Shown here piece by piece: positions 20,730 to 29,578 of a stretch of 29,578 nt of DNA. The first letter of the stretch is position 1. The number at the start of each line of letters is the position of its first letter. The stretch is from contig JANPEF010000129.1 in assembly GCA_031431875.1 (NCBI GenBank), positions 1 through 29,578 on the forward strand, read 5' to 3'. The translations under genes and the position numbers were made by a program. This DNA is from Candidatus Eiseniibacteriota bacterium (GTDB lineage: Bacteria; Eisenbacteria; RBG-16-71-46; DASYSL01). Under the pieces are notes generated by a model that was not told where the DNA came from, searched no databases, and was given only the letters and a program-made list of their open reading frames with translations.

Positions 20730-21824
20730 ATGACGACCGCCGTCAACGACCGCTCGCCGTGGCAGATCTTCTGGCGCGAGTTCAAGAAGAGCCCCGTGGC
20801 GCTCGCGGGCGCGGGCATCCTGATCCTGCTCTACGGCGCCGCGATCTTCGCCGACTTCCTGGCGCCGTGGCCGATGCCGCAGCAGGACCTCGACTTCGGC
20901 TACCACCCGCCGACGCCGGTGCACTGGTTCGCCGACGGCCGCTTCGTCGGCCCCCACGTGCTGGCCAGCGAGCTGGTCGACATCGGGCGCAGCACCTACC
21001 GCACGATCCCGGGCGAACGCCACCCCGTGCGCTTCTTCGTCCAGGGCAGGCAGGAATACCGCGTGCTCGGCCTGTTCCCCACCCGCACGCGCCTGTTCGG
21101 CGTCGACCCGCCGGCCCATCTCTACCTGTTCGGCAGCGACAAGTACGGGCGCGACACCTACTCGCGCCTGCTCTACGGCTCGCGCGTCTCGCTGTCGATC
21201 GGCCTGATCGGCATCGCCATCAGCTTCCTGATCGGGACGCTGGTCGGTGGGCTATCGGGGTACCTGGGGAAGGGTTTCGACCTGGTCGTCATGCGCGTCA
21301 CCGAGCTCATCATGTCCGTGCCCGCTCTCTACCTGATCCTCGCCCTGCGCGCCTCGTTCCCGTCGAACGTGCCGAGCGACCGCATGTACCTGATCATCGT
21401 CGTCATCCTCGCATTCATCGGCTGGGCCAGCCTGGCGCGCATCGTGCGCGGCATGGTGCTGTCGCTGCGCGAGCAGGAGTACGTCAACGCGGCGCGCGCC
21501 CTCGGGGCGGGCACGCTGCGCATCCTGTTCCGGCACATCCTGCCCAACACCATGTCGTTCCTCATCGTCGCCGCGACGATCGCCGTGCCGGGCTACATCC
21601 TCGGCGAGGTCACGCTGTCGTTCCTGGGCATCGGCATCCAGGAGCCGCAGGCGTCGTGGGGCAACATGCTCACCGAGGCGCAGAACATCCGCGTGCTCAA
21701 GTCGATGCCGTGGATGCTGATCCCCGGGTTCTTCATCTTCATCGTCGTGCTGGCATACAATTTCCTCGGCGACGGTCTCGCCGACGCGCTCAACCCGCGG
21801 AAGGTGACGGGAGGAAAATCCTGA
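20730..21824 (+). CDS. Oligopeptide/dipeptide ABC transporter permease (OppC/DppC-like)
   Basis: [59 protein letters not shown]. Confidence 0.95.
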   Translation: MTTAVNDRSPWQIFWREFKKSPVALAGAGILILLYGAAIFADFLAPWPMPQQDLDFGYHPPTPVHWFADGRFVGPHVLASELVDIGRSTYRTIPGERHPVRFFVQGRQEYRVLGLFPTRTRLFGVDPPAHLYLFGSDKYGRDTYSRLLYGSRVSLSIGLIGIAISFLIGTLVGGLSGYLGKGFDLVVMRVTELIMSVPALYLILALRASFPSNVPSDRMYLIIVVILAFIGWASLARIVRGMVLSLREQEYVNAARALGAGTLRILFRHILPNTMSFLIVAATIAVPGYILGEVTLSFLGIGIQEPQASWGNMLTEAQNIRVLKSMPWMLIPGFFIFIVVLAYNFLGDGLADALNPRKVTGGKS

Positions 21825-22849
21825 TGACCGAGGCCTTTGTCCTCGAGGTGCGCGACCTGCGCACCCATTTCGTGACGGACGACGCAACGGTCAAGGCCGT
21901 CGACGGCGTCTCCTTCGCCGTGCGTGCCGGGGAGACCCTGGGCATCGTCGGCGAGTCGGGCTGCGGCAAGAGCGTGACCTCACTGTCGATCCTGCGCCTC
22001 ATCCCGAGCCCGCCCGGGAAGATCGTGGGTGGGGAGATCCTGTTCAAGGGCACGAACCTGCTCAGCCTGCCGGATCCCGCCATGAGGAAGATCCGCGGCA
22101 ACGACATCTCGATGATCTTCCAGGAGCCGATGACGTCGCTCAACCCGGTCTACACCTGCGGCGACCAGATCATGGAAGCGGTCATCCTCCACCAGAAGGT
22201 GGGGAAGGCAGAGGCGCGCACCCGCGCCATCGAGATGCTGCGCCTGGTCGGCATCCCCTCGCCCGAGCAGCGGGTCGACGAGTACCCGCACCAGCTGTCG
22301 GGTGGCATGCGCCAGCGGGTGATGATCGCCATGGCGCTGTCGTGCCAGCCCGAGGTGCTCATCGCCGATGAGCCCACGACCGCGCTTGACGTGACGATCC
22401 AGGCACAGATCCTCGAGCTGCTCAACCGCCTGCAGCGCGAGATGGGGATGGCGATCCTGCTCATCACCCACGACCTGGGGGTCGTCGCCGAGACCTGCAA
22501 TCGCGTCGCCGTCATGTACGCGGGGCAGGTCGTCGAGTACGCCGGCGTCGAGGACATCTTCGCCCGGCCGCGCATGCCCTACACGGTGGGGCTGCTCGGT
22601 TCCATTCCCAAGCTCGGCGAGGAACGCGAGCGCCTGCGCGTCATCCCGGGCAACGTGCCGAACCCGTCCGAGTTCCCTTCCGGCTGCAAGTTCCATCCGC
22701 GCTGCCCCGTGGCGATCGACCGCTGCAAGGTCGAGAACCCGCCACTGACGACGATTCGCCCCGGCCACGAGGTGCGCTGCTGGCGCTCCGGCGAGGCCGA
22801 GGCCGGCACGCTCGACATGGGCAAGGCGTTCGAGGAGGTCACGTCGTGA
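21824..22849 (+). CDS. Oligopeptide ABC transporter ATP-binding protein (OppD/DppD-like)
   Basis: ATG overlapping the previous stop (TGATG); [41 protein letters not shown]-terminal [10 protein letters not shown]. Confidence 0.95.
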   Translation: MTEAFVLEVRDLRTHFVTDDATVKAVDGVSFAVRAGETLGIVGESGCGKSVTSLSILRLIPSPPGKIVGGEILFKGTNLLSLPDPAMRKIRGNDISMIFQEPMTSLNPVYTCGDQIMEAVILHQKVGKAEARTRAIEMLRLVGIPSPEQRVDEYPHQLSGGMRQRVMIAMALSCQPEVLIADEPTTALDVTIQAQILELLNRLQREMGMAILLITHDLGVVAETCNRVAVMYAGQVVEYAGVEDIFARPRMPYTVGLLGSIPKLGEERERLRVIPGNVPNPSEFPSGCKFHPRCPVAIDRCKVENPPLTTIRPGHEVRCWRSGEAEAGTLDMGKAFEEVTS

Positions 22850-23832
22850 GCGCCGACGTCCTGCTGCGCGTCAAGGACCTCAAGAAGTACTTCCCGATCA
22901 AGAAGGGCCTGTTCTCCCGCGTCGTCGGCCAGGTCAAGGCGGTCGACGGCGTCTCGTTCGAACTGCGCCGCGGCGAGGTGCTCGGCCTGGTGGGTGAGTC
23001 GGGTTGCGGCAAGACGACGACCGGCCGCGCGATCCTGCGCCTGATCGAGGCGACCAGTGGCGAGGTGTGGTACGAGGACCAGGACGTGCTCAAGCTCGAC
23101 AAGGGCGCGCTCCGGGCAATGCGGCGGAAGATGCAGATCGTCTTCCAGGACCCCTATAGCTCGCTCAACCCGCGCCTGACCGTCGGCTCGATGATCGAGG
23201 AAGCGCTGACCATCCACAAGCTCGCCTCGGGCCAGAAGGCCAAGGACCGCGTCGCCGAGTTGCTCACGCTGGTGGGTCTAGCGCCGCACCACGCGCGGCG
23301 CTATCCGCACGAGTTCTCGGGCGGTCAGCGGCAGCGCATCGGCGTGGCGCGCGCGCTGGCCGTGGACCCCGAGCTGATCATCGCCGACGAGCCGGTGTCG
23401 GCGCTCGATGTGTCGATCCAGGCGCAGATCCTCAACCTGCTCAAGGACCTGAAGCAGCGCCTCGGGCTCACCTACGTGTTCGTCGCCCACGACCTCGCGG
23501 TGGTCGAGCACATCTCCGACCGCGTCGCCGTGATGTACCTGGGCCGCATCGTCGAGCTGTCTGACGCGAAGGCCCTGTACGCGGCACCGTTGCACCCGTA
23601 CACCAAGGCGCTCCTGTCGGCGATCCCGGTGGCCGAGCCGGTGCGCAAGACGCAGCGCATCGTGCTCACGGGCGACGTGCCGAGCCCGGCGAAACCGCCC
23701 TCGGGCTGCCCGTTCCACCCGCGCTGCTTCATGGCGAAGGATCGCTGCTCGGTCGACGTGCCGACGCTGCGCGAGATCCGCCCGGGCCACTGGTCGGCGT
23801 GCCACTTCGCCGAGGAGGTCACCGGCGCGTGA
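22846..23832 (+). CDS. Oligopeptide ABC transporter ATP-binding protein (OppF/DppF-like)
   Basis: [48 protein letters not shown]. Confidence 0.95.
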   Translation: MSADVLLRVKDLKKYFPIKKGLFSRVVGQVKAVDGVSFELRRGEVLGLVGESGCGKTTTGRAILRLIEATSGEVWYEDQDVLKLDKGALRAMRRKMQIVFQDPYSSLNPRLTVGSMIEEALTIHKLASGQKAKDRVAELLTLVGLAPHHARRYPHEFSGGQRQRIGVARALAVDPELIIADEPVSALDVSIQAQILNLLKDLKQRLGLTYVFVAHDLAVVEHISDRVAVMYLGRIVELSDAKALYAAPLHPYTKALLSAIPVAEPVRKTQRIVLTGDVPSPAKPPSGCPFHPRCFMAKDRCSVDVPTLREIRPGHWSACHFAEEVTGA

Positions 23833-25379
23833 GCGGCGCCCGGCGCGTCCCGCTCGTCCTCGCCGTGCTCGACGGTTTCGGCCTGGCACCCGCCGGGCCG
23901 CACAACGCGATCTCGCTCGCCCGCACGCCGCACTGGGACGGCTGGTGGGCGGCCGCTCCGCGCACACAGCTCTCGGCCTCGGGCGAGGACGTGGGCCTGC
24001 CCGATCGGCTGATGGGCAACTCCGAGGTAGGGCACTTGAATCTCGGCGCCGGCCGCATCGTCAACCAGCCGCTGACGCGCATCACCAAGGCGATCCGCAC
24101 CGGCGACTTCCTGCGCAACGCTGCGCTGCGTGGCGCCTGTGCGCACGTCAGGAAGAGCGGTGGCGCGCTCCACCTGATGGGGCTGATCTCCGACGGCGGC
24201 GTACACTCGCACCTCGATCACGTGCCCGGCTTCCTCGCGCTGGCCAAGGCCGAGGGGGTCGCGCGTGTCTTCGTCCACGCGTTCACCGACGGGCGCGACA
24301 CGCCGCCGAGCTCGGGCGCGGCTTACGTGGCGACGCTCGAGGCGATGCTCGCCGGATCGGGCGTCGGCCGCATCGCCACGGTCAGCGGGCGTTACTGGGC
24401 CATGGACCGCGACCAGCGCTGGGAGCGCGTCGAGAAGGCCTGGCGCGCTCTCGTCCTCGGCGAGGGCGCGACGGCACCCTCGGCTGCGGCGACGATCGCG
24501 GCCGCCTACGCCGCGGGCACGACCGACGAGTTCATCGCCCCGACCGTGATCGTCGACGCGGCCGGCGTGCCGCTGGGCCGGATCGGTGACGGCGATGCCG
24601 TCCTGCACCTGAACTTCCGCCCCGACCGGGCGCGCGAGCTCGCGCGCGCCCTCATGCGCGACGACTTCGACGGCTTCGCCCGGCCGGGACGCTCCGTCGA
24701 CCTCGCGTTCGTGGGGCTCACACGCTACGACGAGGCGCTCGACCTGCCCGTCGCCTTCCCGCCCGAGGACATCCAGGAGACGCTCGGCGACCTGTATGCC
24801 GGGCTCGGGCTCTCCCAGTTGCGGATCGCGGAGACCGAGAAGTACGCGCACGTCACGTACTTCTTCTCGGGCGGCCGCGAGGCGCCGCTGGCGGGGGAGG
24901 AGCGCTGCCTCGTGCCCTCGCCCAGGGTCGCGACCTACGACCTCGAGCCGGCGATGAGTGCACCCGGCGTGACCGACCAGGTGGTGCGCCGGATCAGCGC
25001 GGGCCCGCCCGACCTCGTCGTGCTCAACTTCGCGAACGCGGACATGGTCGGCCACACCGGGATGCTCGCGCCGACCATCGTCGCGGTCGAGGTGCTCGAC
25101 GCCTGCCTGGCGCGCGTCGAGGCCGCCGTGCGCGACGCGGGCGGCCTGCTCGCCATCACCGCCGATCATGGCAACGCCGAGCAGATGTGGGACGCCGCCC
25201 GGGGCGAACCGCACACGGCGCACACGACGAACCCGGTGCCGTTCGTGCTGCTCGGCGAGGCGGCGCGTGGCGTGCGACTCGAGGCGGGCCGGCTCGCCGA
25301 CGTCGCGCCGACGCTGCTCGACCTGCTCGGGCTCGACGCGCCGCGGGCGATGACCGGACGGTCGCTCCTGCGACGCTGA
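23829..25379 (+). CDS. gpmI: 2,3-bisphosphoglycerate-independent phosphoglycerate mutase
   Basis: GTGA overlap start; [13 protein letters not shown] (catalytic Ser), [46 protein letters not shown]. Confidence 0.97.
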   Translation: MSGARRVPLVLAVLDGFGLAPAGPHNAISLARTPHWDGWWAAAPRTQLSASGEDVGLPDRLMGNSEVGHLNLGAGRIVNQPLTRITKAIRTGDFLRNAALRGACAHVRKSGGALHLMGLISDGGVHSHLDHVPGFLALAKAEGVARVFVHAFTDGRDTPPSSGAAYVATLEAMLAGSGVGRIATVSGRYWAMDRDQRWERVEKAWRALVLGEGATAPSAAATIAAAYAAGTTDEFIAPTVIVDAAGVPLGRIGDGDAVLHLNFRPDRARELARALMRDDFDGFARPGRSVDLAFVGLTRYDEALDLPVAFPPEDIQETLGDLYAGLGLSQLRIAETEKYAHVTYFFSGGREAPLAGEERCLVPSPRVATYDLEPAMSAPGVTDQVVRRISAGPPDLVVLNFANADMVGHTGMLAPTIVAVEVLDACLARVEAAVRDAGGLLAITADHGNAEQMWDAARGEPHTAHTTNPVPFVLLGEAARGVRLEAGRLADVAPTLLDLLGLDAPRAMTGRSLLRR

Positions 25380-25400
25380 CCGCGGCCGCGAGCCGAACGA

Positions 25401-25438
25401 ACGACGCGGGTCGGGGAAAATCCCCCGGCCCGCGTCGT
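25401..25438 (+). terminator. Strong hairpin after gpmI (terminator-like)
   Basis: ACGACGCGGGTCGGGG-aaaatc-CCCCGGCCCGCGTCGT, 16-bp stem with one G-U; only a weak U-tract (GGTTTC) follows. Confidence 0.55.
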
Positions 25439-25631
25439 GGTTTCACCCGCGGAGCGCCTATCCGCGCCCGGTCCCGCACCGCCGCAGCATGCACGATGCC
25501 CGCCGGCGTGCAGCATGCACCGTCCCGCGACGCCCGTCGCGCACGTGACGATCGGCGCTTGCACGGGTGAGGCCGCGCGGAGAGCGCGCTGGACGCTCCC
25601 CGGCGCCCGTTGCTCAACCCCGCACCACCAC

Positions 25632-25647
25632 TGGCACACGCGTTGCT
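25632..25647 (+). promoter_or_regulatory. sigma54 (-24/-12) promoter
   Basis: TGGCAC-ACGCG-TTGCT, exact TGGCAC-N5-TTGCW consensus with GG-N10-GC spacing, in intergenic DNA. Confidence 0.7.
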
Positions 25648-25890
25648 CTCTCTCCGTGGCGAGCGCGCCACGACGGCGCACTGACATCGTCAGGACGGCG
25701 AAGTTCGCTAGGGTGCTCGTGCTTGATCGGGTCGTGTGCTAATCCTACTTGACCCCAAGAGTCTCACGGAACCTGGCACACGGCACCAACGGCGGACTTC
25801 ACCCCTTCGAACGGCGGCTCCTGCAATCGGGACCGCCGTTCGTGCTATCGTGCCCCCGGCTCGAAAAACCCTTCAGGAACTTCGCCCGAG

Positions 25891-27066
25891 GTGCCCACCC
25901 TGCGCATCGCCTACCTGTCCATCGGCCGCCACGTCCACACCGAGCGCTGGCTGCGCTTCTTCGTCGAGCGCGGGCACGACGTGCATCTCCTCACGGTGCA
26001 GCCCGGTCCCATGCCGGGGGTGACGGTGCACGATATCTCGTCGCACACCGGCCCCAAGCCGCTGCGCTACGCGACCAGCCTGCTCACCGTGCGGACGCTG
26101 CTGGGACGCCTCGATCCCGACGTGCTGCACACCCACTTCCTCACCGGCTACGGCTACTGGGGCTGGCTGTCGGGCTTCCGTCCGTTCCTGCTCACGGTGT
26201 GGGGCGACGACGTGTATCAGACTCCGTTCGAGAGCCGCGCCAAACTGTGGCTCGCACGGCATGCGCTGGCGGCCGCCGACTGGGTCTCGGGTGACTCGGT
26301 CGACATGCTGGAGAAGGCGATCGAGCTGGGCGCTCGCCGCGAGCGCTGCGAGCACCTGCAACTCGGTGTCGATTTCCGCCAGTTTCGCCCGGACGTGCCG
26401 GCCGCGGCGACGGCCGCGATCCGTAAGGAGTTCGCCACGCCGCCCGAGGCGCCGGTCGTCCTGTCGACGCGCTCGTTCAGCCAGCCGTACTACAACATCC
26501 CGCTGTTCGTCGATGCGATCCCGGCGCTGCTGGCGCGCCGCCCCGACGCCGTGTTCTGGATCGCCGGCTACGAGGGCGCCGATGGCGGCGTGCGCGCGCA
26601 GGCCGAACGCCTGGGCGTGACGCACGCGGTGCGCTTCCTCGGGCGCGTGCCGCACGAGCGCCTGCAGGACGTCGTCGCCGCCGCCGACGTGTACATCACG
26701 ATCCCGTCGCTCGACGCGACCGCGGTGTCGCTGCTCGAGGCGATGGCCGCGGGCAAGGCGATCGTCGCCAGCGCGCTGCCCTCGGCCATGGAGTGGATCG
26801 TCGAGGGCGAGACCGGCCGCATCGTGCCGGCCGGCGAGCGCACGCCGCTCGAGGCGGCGATCGCTGAACTGCTCGACGATCCGGCGACGCGCGCACGGCT
26901 CGGTGCCGCCGCGCATCGCGCCGCCCGGGCCGGCGCCGACTGGCACCACCACATGGGCCGCAACGAGGAGGTCTACCTCGCCGCGGCGAAGGCGCGCCGC
27001 ACCGGCGCCCCGTTCGCCATCCCGCACCCGCGTCCGCCCGCAGCGCCACTTGTCCACCGGACATGA
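25891..27066 (+). CDS. Glycosyltransferase family 4 (GT-B)
   Basis: RGHDVHLL, PDVLHTH, LTVWGDD, VRFLGRVPH, ADVYITIPSLDATAVSLLEAMAAGKAIVAS. Confidence 0.92.
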   Translation: MPTLRIAYLSIGRHVHTERWLRFFVERGHDVHLLTVQPGPMPGVTVHDISSHTGPKPLRYATSLLTVRTLLGRLDPDVLHTHFLTGYGYWGWLSGFRPFLLTVWGDDVYQTPFESRAKLWLARHALAAADWVSGDSVDMLEKAIELGARRERCEHLQLGVDFRQFRPDVPAAATAAIRKEFATPPEAPVVLSTRSFSQPYYNIPLFVDAIPALLARRPDAVFWIAGYEGADGGVRAQAERLGVTHAVRFLGRVPHERLQDVVAAADVYITIPSLDATAVSLLEAMAAGKAIVASALPSAMEWIVEGETGRIVPAGERTPLEAAIAELLDDPATRARLGAAAHRAARAGADWHHHMGRNEEVYLAAAKARRTGAPFAIPHPRPPAAPLVHRT

Positions 27067-27989
27067 GGGCGTCGCTGGTCGTTCCCACCTACCGCAAGCT
27101 GGCGATCCTCCAGGAAACGCTGGCATCGCTCGAAAGCGAGCCGGCCGAGCGCTTCGAGGTGATCGTCGCCAGCGACGGCTCGCCCGACGGCACGCCCGAC
27201 TTCCTTCGCGCCTACCACCCACCGTACGCGCTGACGCCGGTGCTGCTCGAGCAGAACGTGGGGCGGGCCGCGGCGCGCAACGCCGCGCTCGAGCGCGCGC
27301 GGCACGAGATCGTCATCTTCCTCGACGATGACATGCGCGTCGCACCGGGATTCATCGCCGCCCACCTGGCGCACCACACCGCCGCGCCGCTGGAACGACG
27401 CGGCGGGGTGGGGGACGTCGACGAGCGTCCCGAGGTCAGGGCCACGCCGATCGGGCGCTACATGGCGACCCGCGGGGCGCACAAGGTCCGCGACTCGGCA
27501 CCGCTCCCATGGCGCTACTTCACTTCGAACAACGCCTCGGTCCGCCGCGAGGACCTGCTGGCCGTCGACGGCTTCGATCCGCGCTACCGGGCCTACGGCT
27601 TCGAGGATACGGACCTCGGACTGCGGCTCGAGCGGGAGCGAGGGGTGCGCTTCGCCTTCGTTGCCGGCGCTCGTTCGACCCACCTCGAGTCCTACGACCT
27701 GGCGCAGGTCCTGGAGAAGAAGCGCATCTGCGGCGAGCACTCGCTGCGCCTGTTCCTCGCCGATCACCCCGAGACCCTGCCCGACCTGGGGCTGGCCCGC
27801 TGGCTCGAGATGGCCGGACCGGGGGCGGTCGAGGGCCGCCCGCGGGTCCGCTGGCCCTTCGCCCCCCTGTTCGCGGCCCCGGCGCGCGACCTCGTGCTCG
27901 CCTGGGCCCGCCACCCGGCCGGCCGGGTCCCCGATGCCGTGTTCGACTACCTGGTCCTCTGGCACTTCGTCGCCGGGCTCCGCACTTGA
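27063..27989 (+). CDS. Glycosyltransferase family 2 (GT-A)
   Basis: SLVVPTY, EVIVASDGSPDGT, NVGRAAARN, IFLDDD, GFD..YGFEDTDLG; ATGA overlap. Confidence 0.92.
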   Translation: MRASLVVPTYRKLAILQETLASLESEPAERFEVIVASDGSPDGTPDFLRAYHPPYALTPVLLEQNVGRAAARNAALERARHEIVIFLDDDMRVAPGFIAAHLAHHTAAPLERRGGVGDVDERPEVRATPIGRYMATRGAHKVRDSAPLPWRYFTSNNASVRREDLLAVDGFDPRYRAYGFEDTDLGLRLERERGVRFAFVAGARSTHLESYDLAQVLEKKRICGEHSLRLFLADHPETLPDLGLARWLEMAGPGAVEGRPRVRWPFAPLFAAPARDLVLAWARHPAGRVPDAVFDYLVLWHFVAGLRT

Positions 27990-28013
27990 GCGGCACCTGA
28001 GCGAACTGCAAGA

Positions 28014-28042
28014 TTGACAGCAGGTTCCCCGCTTGTTACCGT
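28014..28042 (+). promoter_or_regulatory. sigma70-type promoter for the BMC operon
   Basis: TTGACA (28014-28019), 17-nt spacer, TACCGT (28037-28042) with extended -10 TG. Confidence 0.65.
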
Positions 28043-28102
28043 GCCGCGAACCGTCCCTTTCGACGTCCCTGCGGGGACGCGGGACGGGCATGGAGGGCGA
28101 AG

Positions 28103-28378
28103 ATGGCGGGACAGGCGGTGGGGATGATCGAGACGCGCGGCTGGATCGCCATGATCGAGGCGGCCGACGCGATGGCCAAGGCCGCCTCCGTCGACCTCGA
28201 GCGTTGGGCCAACGTCGATGCCGGCATGGTCACGATCGTCGCCCGCGGCGACGTCGCGGCCGTTCAGGCGGCGGTCGAGGCCGGGGTCCGCGCCGCGCAA
28301 CGCATCGGCACCGTCGTCACCTCCCATGTCATTCCCATGCCGTACGCGCCCGTCGAGGAACGCATCCTCGGCCGCTGA
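28103..28378 (+). CDS. Bacterial microcompartment shell hexamer (BMC-H), divergent
   Basis: AVGMIETRG..IEAADAMAKAA..RGDVAAVQAAVEAG..HVIP; GGAGG RBS. Confidence 0.93.
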   Translation: MAGQAVGMIETRGWIAMIEAADAMAKAASVDLERWANVDAGMVTIVARGDVAAVQAAVEAGVRAAQRIGTVVTSHVIPMPYAPVEERILGR

Positions 28379-28402
28379 TCACGTCGAACGAGAGGAGATT
28401 CC

Positions 28403-28699
28403 ATGGAAGACGCGCTCGGTCTCATCGAGACCCGCGGATTCGTCGCGATGGTCGAAGCCTCGGACGCGATGGTGAAGGCCGCCAAGGTCAAGCTCGTCGG
28501 CTACGAGAAGATCGGCGGCGGCTACGTGACCACGATCGTCCGTGGCGACGTCGCTGCGGTGCGCGCCGCCACCGAGGCGGGGCAGGCGGCGGCGACGCGC
28601 GTCGGCGAAGTCATCGCCGTGCACGTCATTCCGCGCCCGCACACCGCGCTCGAAGACGTGCTCCCCATCGGCAAGTCCGAAGGCGCCGCCCGGAAGTGA
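28403..28699 (+). CDS. Bacterial microcompartment shell hexamer (BMC-H, EutM/PduA-like)
   Basis: [54 protein letters not shown]. Confidence 0.96.
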   Translation: MEDALGLIETRGFVAMVEASDAMVKAAKVKLVGYEKIGGGYVTTIVRGDVAAVRAATEAGQAAATRVGEVIAVHVIPRPHTALEDVLPIGKSEGAARK

Positions 28700-28703
28700 C
28701 CGC

Positions 28704-29015
28704 GTGATCCTGGGCCAGGTCGTCGGCACCGTCGTTTCGACGCGCAAGGACGCGGGGCTCTCGGGTCTCAAGCTCCTCGTCGTACGCGAGCTCGACGACG
28801 CGCTCGCTCCGACCGGCCACCTCGTCGTGTCCGCCGATGCCGTCGGCGCCGGGCGGGATGAGGTCGTCCTCGTCGTCGCCGGATCCTCGGCCCGCCTGAC
28901 CGAGGCGACGCGCGACAAACCGGTCGACTCGGTCATCGTCGGCATCGTCGACGAAGTCGAGGAGAACGGCAGCCTGGTCTATCGCAAGCAGTCGTCGCGC
29001 ACGGTGCCGGCATGA
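28704..29015 (+). CDS. Microcompartment vertex pentamer (BMC-P, EutN/CcmL family)
   Basis: GTG 28704; [52 protein letters not shown]. Confidence 0.94.
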   Translation: MILGQVVGTVVSTRKDAGLSGLKLLVVRELDDALAPTGHLVVSADAVGAGRDEVVLVVAGSSARLTEATRDKPVDSVIVGIVDEVEENGSLVYRKQSSRTVPA

Positions 29016-29569
29016 GCGCGCCGCGGGCGCCGCGTCCACGGCCGCTGGCAAGCGAACTGGCGAGTCCGCCCGTGTCGCTGGCCGCGATCGAGACGGCCAC
29101 CGTCTCCAGCGGCATCCGCGTCGGCGACGCCGTCGTCAAGATGGCGCCGGTCACGCTGTTCCACGCACAGCCCATCTCGCCCGGCAAGTTCGTCGTCGTC
29201 TTCGGCGGGACCGTCGGCGACGTCGCGGCCGCCGTGCCGAAGGGGATCGAAGCGGCGGGCACGGCGCTCACCGATTCGCTCGTGCTCGCGCAGTGCCATG
29301 GCGACGTGCACCGTGTGCTCGCCGGGCAGGCCGCCGGCCCGGCCGGCGACGCCCTGGGCGTGATCGAGACCGACGGCGTGCCGTCGACCCTGCTCGCCGC
29401 CGACCGGGCCGCCAAGACCGCGCCCGTGCGCCTGCGCACGATCCGGCTCGCCGATGGACTTGGCGGCCGCGGCTTCGTGCTCTTCGACGGCACGCTGAGC
29501 GACGTCAACGCTGCGCTGGCCGCCGCACGCGCCGCGGTCGGCTCGCACCTGGACACGTCGGCGCCATGA
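29012..29569 (+). CDS. Tandem-domain microcompartment shell protein (BMC-T, PduT-like)
   Basis: Two BMC domains: [24 protein letters not shown] and [34 protein letters not shown]. Confidence 0.88.
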   Translation: MSAPRAPRPRPLASELASPPVSLAAIETATVSSGIRVGDAVVKMAPVTLFHAQPISPGKFVVVFGGTVGDVAAAVPKGIEAAGTALTDSLVLAQCHGDVHRVLAGQAAGPAGDALGVIETDGVPSTLLAADRAAKTAPVRLRTIRLADGLGGRGFVLFDGTLSDVNAALAAARAAVGSHLDTSAP

Positions 29570-29578
29570 CGACCGCGA
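29566..29578 (+). CDS. Probable start of the next BMC-operon gene (truncated by the window)
   Basis: ATG overlapping the BMC-T stop (ATGA), the same coupling pattern as the rest of the locus; only 4 codons visible. Confidence 0.4.

Noticed and set aside
25773..25788. Second sigma54 site (CTGGCACACG repeated)
   Set aside because: The -24 element is present but there is no TTGC at -12.
25676..25800. c-di-GMP-I riboswitch, 6S RNA, SRP RNA or tmRNA identity for the structured region
   Set aside because: Only superficial fragments match; no GNRA loop/receptor, no SRP CAGG..GNRA..AGCA helix and no tRNA-like ends. Left as an unassigned structure.
25437..26294. Short ORFs across the gpmI-GT intergenic region
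   Set aside because: No RBS, atypical composition, and they overlap promoter or hairpin elements or the GT4 gene.

Overview
GC-rich bacterial chromosomal segment (roughly 70% GC by eye). Every credible gene is on the + strand. Order: uvrA; tdh-kbl (threonine to glycine + acetyl-CoA); gcvT-gcvH-gcvPA-gcvPB (glycine cleavage, no L protein in the window). These run directly into an eight-gene block of unknown function: two small hypotheticals, a GlmL/MutL-like ASKHA-fold protein with no B12 mutase nearby, a protein with a lipoyl/biotinyl-like hybrid domain, and four membrane proteins that look like two pseudo-paralogous pairs. A LipM-like octanoyltransferase closes the block. Then come a complete Opp/Dpp-type ABC importer, gpmI, a ~510-bp structured intergenic region with a consensus sigma54 promoter, two glycosyltransferases (GT4, GT2), and the start of a bacterial microcompartment shell operon (BMC-H, BMC-H, BMC-P, PduT-like BMC-T) cut by the window edge. 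The best candidate for an undescribed system is the GCS-embedded GlmL-like/membrane module, preceded by a Rex-like operator. No rRNA, tRNA, CRISPR or mobile element was recognised. All calls come from motif reading by eye; no searches were run.
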